Below are positions 9,801-17,782 of a DNA stretch of 53,408 nucleotides, piece after piece. The notes under the pieces are model-generated. The model did no database searches, was not told the origin of the DNA, and saw nothing but the letters and a program-made list of their open reading frames with translations. This stretch comes from Bacteroidia bacterium (GTDB lineage: Bacteria > Bacteroidota > Bacteroidia > NS11-12g > UBA955). The stretch's first letter is position 1. Each line of letters begins with the position of its first letter. The DNA is taken from positions 996 to 54,403 of the forward strand of contig CBFHGY010000004.1 of the NCBI GenBank assembly GCA_965655465.1. Reading direction: 5' to 3'. The translations under genes and the position numbers were made by a program.

Positions 9801-11410
9801 CTATCGATAATATTAAAGGTAACTTCTTTGTAACGCTTGTTGCCGTTTTTATCTTCGGCATAAACCCCTATGGTTTTAGATCCTTTATCACCACAAGTAA
9901 AGAACAGGGTATCGGATGTCGCAGAAGCAAAATAGAAGGTATCTACTCCACAAGCGTCGTATGTAGAAAGTACCACGTCATCTATGATTAGGGTATCTAC
10001 TCCCAGAGAATCCAAAACTCGGGTTGGTACGGTTTTAAGTTTAAGATCGGGGGCGAAAGTATCGTGTACGGCTATTTTTGCCGTTACTGTTCTAGAGTTG
10101 CCACTAAAGTCTTCAATCCTATAGGCAACATCAATGGTGTCACCATCATGAGTACAAGAAAAAGCCACTTGACCTAGATAGGTTTTTGATGCATCAATTC
10201 CACATGCGTCAAACGATGCACTATCAACCATGGAGCTGGTTAATGTTCCTGAGCCGAAACTGTCTAAATACAAATCTACTACTGCATAAATCAAGTTCGC
10301 GGGAGCAGTTGTGTCTTTTACGGTTATAACAGGGGTTTCAGTGCTATCGGTATTCCCTGTAGGATCGATAGCGTGAAACTTTACCGAATGGGTATTTGCA
10401 ATATCCGCACAATTAAAGGTACTGTCACTGATTGCATACTTAATAGGTGCACAATCATCGGTTGTACCATCGTTCAAATCCGCTGCATGAACAGTAACCG
10501 TTCCTGTTGCGGAGTCTAAAAATACGGTAAGGTCTTTGGCTATGGCGATTGGTGGATCAACGTCGGTGTGTTGGATTGAAAAAACTACAGTATCCGGGCA
10601 GGCGTTAATATCCTGAACGTAGGCTGTATCATTTGAAATATCCAATAATCCGCTGTAATTGTTTGTTGAAGAATAATTGCCACCTATTGATTTAACCCAA
10701 TATTTTTTACTTCCTGTGCCACCTGTAGCAGAGAAAGTAACAGAACCCTGTCCATTGCAAATAGAGTTAGTAACTGATGCACTTAATATAACTTGATCTG
10801 GTTCTATAACCGTAACCGTTGATTTAAACTTACACCCATCCTTGTCTGTAACGGTAAAGATATGATCTCCTCCAACAGCATTGGCATAAATTGAATCAGC
10901 AAGCGTTGGGTTTGTATCCCAAGAAAAATTGTAGGGATAAGTAGTCCCTGTAACTAACATTACTATCAAACTTGTTAGTGAATCTTTACACTTATTATTC
11001 AAATTTGAAGCATTCCCATCATATATTACAGAAACCGCAGCCGGCTGGTTTATTATAATACCCGATAATGTTGTATCAATGGTTGGTATGGAAACGTGTT
11101 TTTTTACATTCACACTATAATTGTTAGCCGCCGCCACATTATTAAATGTGTGCGAGCCTGTCGTTGCTGATACAGTGGTAGTAAACGTTTGAATAATTTG
11201 GTTTGCCGAATCCAACTCAATGGTAAAGGTCGTGCTAACCGAATGGCTAAAACTCACCGAAATACTTCCCGTGGCGGTGCCATAACAATCAGCAGGAGTA
11301 GTTCCAGTAATCGACGCCGTTGGCTGGGCTATCGATTGTTGCGCTCCAAAGAGCAGAAGCAGCAGCAACAAACTGCTCGCTTTTTCACGTATTAATTTTC
11401 TCATATTCAT
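6812..11410 (-). CDS. Large T9SS type B (gliding-motility C-terminal domain) surface adhesin with SprB-like, HYR-like and TSP3 repeats
   Basis: Signal peptide, SprB-like modules (ADCYGTATGSI, VTDKDGC), ~85-aa Cys-containing DTxAP repeats and Asp-rich repeats. C-terminal IPEAFSPNGDGVNE...FNRNG...WDG...GLYYY...GNIYIKR. Confidence 0.9.
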   Translation of the reverse strand: MNMRKLIREKASSLLLLLLLFGAQQSIAQPTASITGTTPADCYGTATGSISVSFSHSVSTTFTIELDSANQIIQTFTTTVSATTGSHTFNNVAAANNYSVNVKKHVSIPTIDTTLSGIIINQPAAVSVIYDGNASNLNNKCKDSLTSLIVMLVTGTTYPYNFSWDTNPTLADSIYANAVGGDHIFTVTDKDGCKFKSTVTVIEPDQVILSASVTNSICNGQGSVTFSATGGTGSKKYWVKSIGGNYSSTNNYSGLLDISNDTAYVQDINACPDTVVFSIQHTDVDPPIAIAKDLTVFLDSATGTVTVHAADLNDGTTDDCAPIKYAISDSTFNCADIANTHSVKFHAIDPTGNTDSTETPVITVKDTTAPANLIYAVVDLYLDSFGSGTLTSSMVDSASFDACGIDASKTYLGQVAFSCTHDGDTIDVAYRIEDFSGNSRTVTAKIAVHDTFAPDLKLKTVPTRVLDSLGVDTLIIDDVVLSTYDACGVDTFYFASATSDTLFFTCGDKGSKTIGVYAEDKNGNKRYKEVTFNIIDSRAPDSLKIRTDTILYLDASGQALLPKKEIVKYTYDNCGVVDTTMQTVFTCADLGSATYTVTVKDASGNFVSKNIEIQVLDTLAPDTPIVNNITRYLDSNGRDTILPALLYNSGNDNCGITKIYTSDTFFTCGDTGVFEVLVFVEDASGNVTHDTALVTLLDTLAPFDVVVKDSIVVYLGPDGTYTLHDSDYLISAFDNCEITDTIYSQQTFSCADISTDSIMVYITFMDASKNKTIDSIEVHVRDTLAPIMIAKVRDTVYLGPAVNPIKTIGTADIDLGSTDNTSCIPLDVYLNGKTSFDCDDVTKEFKVFLIGKDGSGYISKDSTLVTVLDTVKPVIVIKPTLPDFYLSTTGRDTITPDDIDGGTYDNCGIKKREIIGDTLICSDGPVKQITFRVTDKFDNVSETTFNVNVIDTIKPILVTKSTNIGIDTSGTAVLDLNDIIVSATDNCNVDSTWVSQDTFYVGDVGMPIITVSVRDKQGNITTKTQFIYVDLLDSDNDSIPDYIEKNFDTDADGTLDYLDTDSDNDGLADKTENNGKHALLDSDGDGISDFRDLDSDNDGINDVIENGSTDADGDGINDDLTAVLTAAVDTDNDGIPDYLDLDSDEDGLFDLLESLQGHTDANADGILDDVTDADSDGIMDEADGATSGFGDNGDLKPADSDADTNMDFRETDSDNDQIPDSVEGSTDSDNDGKADYRDTDSDDDGISDTYEAGSDPTNPVDTDNDGNEDFRDTDSDDDGISDTYEAGTDPANPVDTDGDGKEDFRDLDSDGDTIPDEVEAGTDPTNPVDTDGDGKDDFRDLDSDGDSIPDTIEAGADPNNPVDTDNDGTEDFRDLDSDGDGILDAIEAGSDGTNPLDTDGDGIADFRDTDSDNDDVLDADEGQGDSDGNGIPDYKDAQFRIPEAFSPNGDGVNEFLVIQGLKVYTKAQLIVFNRNGQVIFDSGNGYKNNWDGSNKSSMPGLGSDLTEGLYYYVFKPNGQNREDITGNIYIKR
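7223..7732 (-). repeat. Five tandem 34-aa (102-bp) Asp-rich repeats within a longer TSP3-like tract (~7100-8320)
   Basis: DTDGDGKEDFRDLDSDGDTIPDEVEAGTDPTNPV-type units; the repeat is also visible at DNA level. Confidence 0.85.
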
Positions 11411-11832
11411 TCTGACTTACAAATTGTGCTAGGGTAGGTTTCTGGTTTCTAAATGGCAAGCTTTTAGGCTGTTCTGAAATTAAAAAACACATTTCAAAGC
11501 ATGCTAATTGCTGCAATTCTATATCTACAATTGTACTTTTAGTGATAACGAAGTTACAACGCATTTGAATGAATTCGGATAACATGGCTATTATGTGTCT
11601 GTAATTGTATACACACAAACCTTGGCTATCCCCCAAAACAACGCCGTTTTTCATACCGCTCTTTTTTGCAATTTTTACAAATTACCAAAGTCAAATTGCA
11701 CAAAAACCAAGCCAATACCATACTTTTACTTTGAAAAAGCTCAACAAAAGGATAGTTTTACCTATCTATGACAGAAAAAACCCTAAACACAGATTCCTGA
11801 GATCGTTGGTTCAAATCAAATTCCTCGTTTTA

Positions 11833-13290
11833 TTACGTCAGTATAAAGACTGCCCATAACCATGCAATCGCTAAAACTAAAAACAAACTTATTAAATTTA
11901 CCGCGTCGTTGGTAACTCCAGCAACGCCTCTAACACGGTCTGCTGCTACTCCTATGTCGCTAAGATTTCCCTGGCGTTCAAATTTTTCCTGCACCGAATC
12001 GCCCAGCAAACTATCAATTAGACTTCCCAAGAGACCCGAAAGCGCAATAAAACCGGTTGTTTCCCATTGTATTTCATAATGCACATAGGAGTATGCCGCC
12101 ATAATTAAACCACCCAAGAATGCTCCTAAAAGTCCAAACCCCGTAACGCCTCCCGAAAGTCCAATAGGAACCTGTTTCCACGTTAAAATACTTCTTGGAT
12201 TATTGCCCCAGCGGATACCTAATTCACTGCTCAGTGTATCGCCCAGAGCCGCGGCCATAACCACAAATACAAAAAAGTTCATGTCGCTAGGACCCATAAT
12301 ATGTGCGTTCAATCCCCATACATTTAATAATGCCAATATTCCTATAATACCGCCGTTGGCGGCCACTTGCCAGCGATCGCGGGCTTTGCCCTGTTTGTGG
12401 TCGGATTTTTGAGTTGTATTTAATTTTGAGGCTACGCTTCCCAAAACAAAAAAGATCACAAGTGGAATAATGTCTATCCCCGCCAATAAAACCAAAATAG
12501 CCAATAAAATCGCCGCGAAAAGACCATCCATCGACAGCCATTTTTTCCAAACCACCCAAATGGCAATGCACATAATGGGCAGAATAAAGGCGCTACCAGC
12601 CCATATTAAAAAGGATAATTGTTTAAGCTTTATTAAAATAAAAAAGCACCATAAAGGTACGCTGATATTATCGGCCCCATTCCCGCTTAAAAGTTCGACC
12701 ATTGCCGTGCTAAGAGCCAGAATAAACAAGGTAAGCAATGAATTAAACAAAGATGCACCGTCGTTTTTTAAATGCAATTGATTCCAGAAAACCACCATTA
12801 AAAAGGTCCATGCCGTTAATACAAATACCCCATAACCAATCCAAGTTTTACCGTTAATGGTTTGATTCGAATAACCCCAAAATGTTTTCAATCGTATGAA
12901 TCGACCCGCAATAGCCGACAATCCATCGGATACCGCGAGTATGCCAAAAGATATCGCGATATTGTGCTTCTGCTCAGGAAAACATAGCAACAAAAGCCAC
13001 AATACCCAAGGAAAATAAGCAATGCCCCAACTTTTACGACCGTCGATTTGAAAAAATCCACCTAAAACTGCAAGCGTTAATAAGGTTGCCGCACTAAAAA
13101 TCAGCCACACGAAGAGGGTCAAAAAAGATTCTTCCGTTATATAAGTAGCATGCGCAACAGCTCCAATGGCACCAATATGTAATAATTTACGAGCAAAAAA
13201 TCGGGTATTTTCAAAGGCACGATCTAACCAAGTTGATAGCAACACCAGTATAATTATGCCAATTATATGAAGGGTATATGGAAAATCCAT
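11833..13290 (-). CDS. Phytol/dolichol kinase-like (VTE5-type, CTP-dependent) domain fused to a DUF92 (VTE6/COG1836-type) domain
   Basis: N-half: RKLLHI, KSWGIAYFP, AVSDGLSAIAGR, GKTWIG, ELLSGNGADNISVPL. C-half: FFVLGSVASK, RDRWQVAANGG, AALGDTLSSELG, VPIGLSGGVT, GSLIDSLLG, NDAVNL. Confidence 0.85.
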   Translation of the reverse strand: MDFPYTLHIIGIIILVLLSTWLDRAFENTRFFARKLLHIGAIGAVAHATYITEESFLTLFVWLIFSAATLLTLAVLGGFFQIDGRKSWGIAYFPWVLWLLLLCFPEQKHNIAISFGILAVSDGLSAIAGRFIRLKTFWGYSNQTINGKTWIGYGVFVLTAWTFLMVVFWNQLHLKNDGASLFNSLLTLFILALSTAMVELLSGNGADNISVPLWCFFILIKLKQLSFLIWAGSAFILPIMCIAIWVVWKKWLSMDGLFAAILLAILVLLAGIDIIPLVIFFVLGSVASKLNTTQKSDHKQGKARDRWQVAANGGIIGILALLNVWGLNAHIMGPSDMNFFVFVVMAAALGDTLSSELGIRWGNNPRSILTWKQVPIGLSGGVTGFGLLGAFLGGLIMAAYSYVHYEIQWETTGFIALSGLLGSLIDSLLGDSVQEKFERQGNLSDIGVAADRVRGVAGVTNDAVNLISLFLVLAIAWLWAVFILT

Positions 13291-13333
13291 TCAAGCAAAG
13301 TTGCGTATATTCACCGAAATTTATGGATACCCT

Positions 13334-14317
13334 ATGAAAAAGCTGCTTGTTTTTTGGCGTTTTACCCGGCCGCATACCATTATTGGCAGCAGCATTAGTA
13401 TATTTTGTTTGTTTGCATTTTCGGCACTCACCCTAAAATCCATGGGGGCTCAAACCGCTGTGAATGGCGTAACTTCCTATGCATTCACCATTAGCGATAT
13501 TTATTTATTTGCAAGCACCTTAATCGCCGCACTCGCTTGCAACGTATTCATCACGGGTTTAAACCAAATAACGGATGTCGAAATTGATCGCATCAACAAG
13601 CCACATTTGCCCTTGGCTTCGGGGGAAATTTCCTCTGCAGAAGCTAAAAAATGGGTGGTTTTGGCTTTGGTAACGGCGTTGTCCGTTTCCTTTTATCTTT
13701 CCAATTTCTTTGGTGTATTAATCTCCTTTATTTGCTTTTTAGGTTGGTCGTATTCAGCGCCTCCAATTCGCTTTAAACGCTACCATATTTGGGCTGCTTC
13801 TGCGATTGCCTTAGTGCGGGGACCCTTAGTGAATGTTGGAATTGCGCTTCATTTTCTCACGAAAATCGCTCACAATACGTATTTCTCCGATTTGGGAGTG
13901 GCTGACACTTTACTAATACCGCCGCGCTACTTCGCTGTTGGCGTTTGGATGATTCCTTTAACATTATTCATAAGTGCCTTCAGTTTGGGAATCGCTTGGT
14001 TTAAGGATTTGCCAGATACAACAGGCGATTCCCAACACGAAGTTGGAACTTTGGCCGTTAAAAAAGGACGTTCATGGGCCTTTGCCTTAGGAGTTGCTAT
14101 TGTTAGTTTGGCCTATATGTTTTTGATTTTTTGGGGAATTTATTTTCACTGGGGAATCCCTTACGTGTTCTACCATATCTTAGCATTAACCGTTTTTGCT
14201 ATTTGGGTCTATCGCACCGATCTAAAAGACACCCCGTCATTAAAGCGTTTTTATAAACTTTACTGGATCTTGTTTTTCTTGGAGTATTTTTCATTCTTCC
14301 TGCTCCTCTTTCGGTAG
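13334..14317 (+). CDS. Homogentisate phytyltransferase-like (HPT/VTE2 clade) UbiA-family prenyltransferase
   Basis: FWRFTRPHTIIGS, NVFITGLNQITDVEIDRINKPHLPLASGE, YSAPPIRFKR, IALVRG, FKDLPDTTGD and FYKLYWILFFLEY resemble cyanobacterial/plant HPT motifs. Start placed at MKKLLVF (13334). Confidence 0.85.
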   Translation: MKKLLVFWRFTRPHTIIGSSISIFCLFAFSALTLKSMGAQTAVNGVTSYAFTISDIYLFASTLIAALACNVFITGLNQITDVEIDRINKPHLPLASGEISSAEAKKWVVLALVTALSVSFYLSNFFGVLISFICFLGWSYSAPPIRFKRYHIWAASAIALVRGPLVNVGIALHFLTKIAHNTYFSDLGVADTLLIPPRYFAVGVWMIPLTLFISAFSLGIAWFKDLPDTTGDSQHEVGTLAVKKGRSWAFALGVAIVSLAYMFLIFWGIYFHWGIPYVFYHILALTVFAIWVYRTDLKDTPSLKRFYKLYWILFFLEYFSFFLLLFR

Positions 14318-14358
14318 TTGTTTATCAACATTAATAGGTTAATGTGGTCGGTAAGGTA

Positions 14359-14366
14359 TAACTTTG
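14359..14366 (+). promoter_or_regulatory. Bacteroidota sigma-A -7 element upstream of carB
   Basis: TAACTTTG matches TAnnTTTG, 16 nt before the ATG. Confidence 0.6.
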
Positions 14367-14382
14367 CCTAATTTTTGGAAAC

Positions 14383-17205
14383 ATGCCAAAGGACACAAGC
14401 ATAAAACACGTACTTATCATTGGCAGCGGTCCGATTGTAATCGGCCAAGCTTGCGAATTCGACTATTCTGGCTCTCAAGCAGCTCGCAGTTTAAGAGAAG
14501 AAGGCATCACGGTTTCGCTGATTAACAGCAACCCGGCAACCATCATGACCGATAAAATCAATGCGGATCATGTGTATTTATGGCCATTAACCGCACAAAG
14601 TATTGAGAAGATATTAAATGAGCACCCAGATATCGATGCGGTATTGCCTACGATGGGCGGACAAACTGCTTTGAATTTGGCCAAAGAAGTGGATGAATTA
14701 GGTATCTTCGACCGGTATAACGTCCGTATAATAGGCGTAAATATTGAAGCCATCGATAAGATGGAAGACCGCGAGAAATTCAGACAATTGATGGTTGAAT
14801 TGGGTGTTGGTGTGGCTCCGAGTCAGGTAGCAAATAGTTATTTAGAGGGCAAAGAGATTGCGCAACGCATAGGATTTCCTTTGGTTATAAGGCCGAGTTA
14901 TACTTTAGGTGGAACGGGGGGCGCTTTTGTACATAAAAAAGAAGATTTTGATAAGCTTTTAATCCGCGGATTGGAAGCCAGTCCGGTTCATGAGGTATTG
15001 GTTGAAAAAGCGGTATTAGGTTGGAAGGAATACGAATTGGAGTTATTACGCGATAGTAAAGACGACATAGCCGTAATCTGTACCATCGAAAATTTCGACC
15101 CTATGGGCGTGCATACTGGCGATAGCATCACAGTTGCTCCTGCAATGACTCTTAGTGATACTACTTTTCAGCGCATGCGTGACATGGCCTTTAAAATGAT
15201 GCGTTCCATGGGTAATTTTTCTGGGGGCTGTAACGTACAGTTTTCCGTAAATCCCGAAGATGAAGAAATCATTGCGATTGAGATAAACCCTCGTGTTAGC
15301 AGAAGTTCGGCATTGGCATCTAAGGCAACGGGTTATCCCATTGCTAAAATTGCAGCCAAATTGGCCATCGGGTATTATTTAGATGAATTGAAAAATCCGG
15401 TTACTCAGACTACGAGTGCGTTTTTCGAGCCTGCAATAGATTATGTAATCGTAAAAATTCCCCGTTGGAACTTCGACAAATTTCACGGATCCAATAAAGA
15501 ACTTGGTCTTCAAATGAAGAGTGTGGGTGAGGTTATGGCAATTGGAAGAAGTTTCCAAGAGGCTTTACAAAAAGCCTGTCAAAGTTTAGAAATTGGTCGG
15601 CATGGTTTAGGAGCGGACGGTAAAGGGAACCGCAATTTAGAAGAATTGGTGCATGGCATGGAACATCCAAGTTGGAACCGCTTGTTCTATATTCACGATG
15701 CAATATCTTTAGGAGTGCCGATTACGTCAATTCAAAAACTTACGGGCATAGATCGTTGGTTTCTCGAACAAATACACGATGTGGTAAAAACGGAAAATGA
15801 TATCCGCCGCTATCGTGTAGATAATATCCCAGAAAAATTATTGAAAATCGCAAAAGAAAAAGGCTTTTCCGATATTCAATTGGCTTGGTTAATGGGTGGA
15901 GACACCACGGAGGAGGAAGTTTATAACAAGCGTCGTGAATTGGGAATCAAACGTGTTTACAAAATGGTAGATACTTGCAGCGCGGAATTCCCATCTCCTA
16001 CCAATTATTACTATTCAACGTTTGAAGAACAAAGCGAAAGCGTATCCTCCGAAAAGAAAAAAATTATTGTATTAGGAAGTGGACCAAACCGCATCGGTCA
16101 AGGAATAGAATTCGATTATAGCTGTGTGCATGGTATCCTTGCCGCTCGAGAATCGGGTTATGAAGCTATTATGCTGAATTGCAATCCTGAAACCGTAAGT
16201 ACCGACTTCGACATGGCCGATAAATTGTATTTTGAACCGGTTTATTGGGAACATTTGTGGGAGCTTATAGAACATGAAAAGCCCGAAGGTATTGTTGTTC
16301 AATTGGGAGGACAAACCGCTTTGAAATTGGCAGAAAAACTTCATGAAAAAGGCATTAAAATAATCGGTACGGAATATAATGATATGGATATTGCCGAAGA
16401 CCGCGGTCGATTTAGCGATTTATTGGCAGAGTTAGGAATTCCATATCCCAAATATGGAGTAGCTTTAAATGCAGACGAAGCCATAAAAATTGCAAATGAA
16501 GTAGGTTATCCCGTGCTGGTTCGTCCTAGTTATGTATTGGGTGGTCAAGGTATGGTGATTGTAATCAACGACGAAGAGTTGGAGACCGCTGTGGTGAAAC
16601 TCTTAGGGGATTTACCCGGGAATCGCGTGTTGATTGACCATTTCTTAGATCGTGCCGAGGAGGCTGAAAGCGATTGTATTTGCGATGGTTCCGATGTGCA
16701 CGTAATTGGTATCATGGAACACATTGAACCAGCGGGAATTCACAGTGGGGATAGCAGTGCTGTATTACCTCCTTTCAGTATAAGCGAAAATGCGAAGGCA
16801 AAAATCGAAGAACACACCAAGAAAATTGCATTAGCCCTTAATGTTAAAGGGTTACTGAATATTCAATTTGCCATAAAAAATGACGAAGTATATGTAATCG
16901 AGGCAAATCCAAGAGCCTCGCGTACGGTTCCTTTTATATGTAAGGCTTACGACGTTCCGTATGTAAATTACGCAATGAAGGTAATGCTCGGTGTGAATAA
17001 GGTTAGCGATTTTGTGATTCCTGAAAGACCTTCAGGCTGGGCTATCAAACAACCTGTTTTCAGTTTTGATAAATTCCCGAACGTAAATCGCGAATTAGGG
17101 CCCGAAATGAAAAGCACCGGAGAATCTATCCTCTTTATCAAAGATTTGAAAGATCCAGAATTCCGAGAGCTGGTGAAACAAAAAAGCATGTATTTAAGCC
17201 GTTAA
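14383..17205 (+). CDS. carB: Carbamoyl-phosphate synthase large subunit (short form without an MGS-like tail)
   Basis: MPKDTSIKHVLIIGSGPIVIGQACEFDYSG, two ATP-grasp halves, GPEMKSTGE; 940 aa. Confidence 0.97.
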   Translation: MPKDTSIKHVLIIGSGPIVIGQACEFDYSGSQAARSLREEGITVSLINSNPATIMTDKINADHVYLWPLTAQSIEKILNEHPDIDAVLPTMGGQTALNLAKEVDELGIFDRYNVRIIGVNIEAIDKMEDREKFRQLMVELGVGVAPSQVANSYLEGKEIAQRIGFPLVIRPSYTLGGTGGAFVHKKEDFDKLLIRGLEASPVHEVLVEKAVLGWKEYELELLRDSKDDIAVICTIENFDPMGVHTGDSITVAPAMTLSDTTFQRMRDMAFKMMRSMGNFSGGCNVQFSVNPEDEEIIAIEINPRVSRSSALASKATGYPIAKIAAKLAIGYYLDELKNPVTQTTSAFFEPAIDYVIVKIPRWNFDKFHGSNKELGLQMKSVGEVMAIGRSFQEALQKACQSLEIGRHGLGADGKGNRNLEELVHGMEHPSWNRLFYIHDAISLGVPITSIQKLTGIDRWFLEQIHDVVKTENDIRRYRVDNIPEKLLKIAKEKGFSDIQLAWLMGGDTTEEEVYNKRRELGIKRVYKMVDTCSAEFPSPTNYYYSTFEEQSESVSSEKKKIIVLGSGPNRIGQGIEFDYSCVHGILAARESGYEAIMLNCNPETVSTDFDMADKLYFEPVYWEHLWELIEHEKPEGIVVQLGGQTALKLAEKLHEKGIKIIGTEYNDMDIAEDRGRFSDLLAELGIPYPKYGVALNADEAIKIANEVGYPVLVRPSYVLGGQGMVIVINDEELETAVVKLLGDLPGNRVLIDHFLDRAEEAESDCICDGSDVHVIGIMEHIEPAGIHSGDSSAVLPPFSISENAKAKIEEHTKKIALALNVKGLLNIQFAIKNDEVYVIEANPRASRTVPFICKAYDVPYVNYAMKVMLGVNKVSDFVIPERPSGWAIKQPVFSFDKFPNVNRELGPEMKSTGESILFIKDLKDPEFRELVKQKSMYLSR

Positions 17206-17231
17206 TCTAACATTAGTGGCAGTTAAACGAC

Positions 17232-17260
17232 AAAGGCAGTACTCAAAAGGTACTGCCTTT
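17232..17260 (+). terminator. Intrinsic terminator after carB
   Basis: AAAGGCAGTAC-TCAAAAG-GTACTGCCTTT. Confidence 0.75.
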
Positions 17261-17300
17261 AAACTTTTATATCAATCCTGCGTCTAAACATTAAACACCT

Positions 17301-17684
17301 ATGAAAAATCTATTATTAATGAGTGCGTTTGCACTTGCCGGAATGGCAGGGGCACAACACGAGGAGATGGACGCTCGCAAAGCTAAATTGAGCCCAGAAG
17401 AACAGGCGACCCGCCTAACTGAAAAAATGACAAAACAGCTGGATTTAACCCCAGAACAAGTCGCACAAATCAAACCACAAAATCTGGCATTTGCCCAACA
17501 GCAAGCTGCAAGCCGAGAGCAAATACGCGTTTTACGTGAACAACAAAAAGCAGAAATGGAGGCACATCGTAAAAACATTCATGCCATTTTAACTCCTGAA
17601 CAACAGAAAAAGGCAGATAAAATGATGGAAAAACGGAAGCACAAGCGAAAGGAACGCATGGAAAAGCGCCGAAAAATGGATTGA
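17301..17684 (+). CDS. Exported helical protein of Spy/CpxP (LTxxQ)/DUF4890 type
   Basis: Signal peptide, KMTKQLDLTPEQ, ILTPEQQKK and a basic tail. Confidence 0.7.
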   Translation: MKNLLLMSAFALAGMAGAQHEEMDARKAKLSPEEQATRLTEKMTKQLDLTPEQVAQIKPQNLAFAQQQAASREQIRVLREQQKAEMEAHRKNIHAILTPEQQKKADKMMEKRKHKRKERMEKRRKMD

Positions 17685-17722
17685 TCTATTTCATTTTTAT
17701 CAATTCTTCCTGTGAACAAAGA

Positions 17723-17758
17723 CATAAAAAAGGGGCTTTAAAAGCCCCCTTTTTTATG
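17723..17758. terminator. Bidirectional intrinsic terminator between convergent genes
   Basis: CATAAAAAAGGGGCTTT-A-AAAGCCCCCTTTTTTATG. Confidence 0.8.
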
Positions 17759-17782
17759 TGTATTGCATCTACTGTTCTGTGT

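Noticed and set aside
11411-11832. Invertible promoter or small genes upstream of the adhesin
   Set aside because: I saw no clear inverted repeats or recombinase, and the overlapping short ORFs look non-coding.
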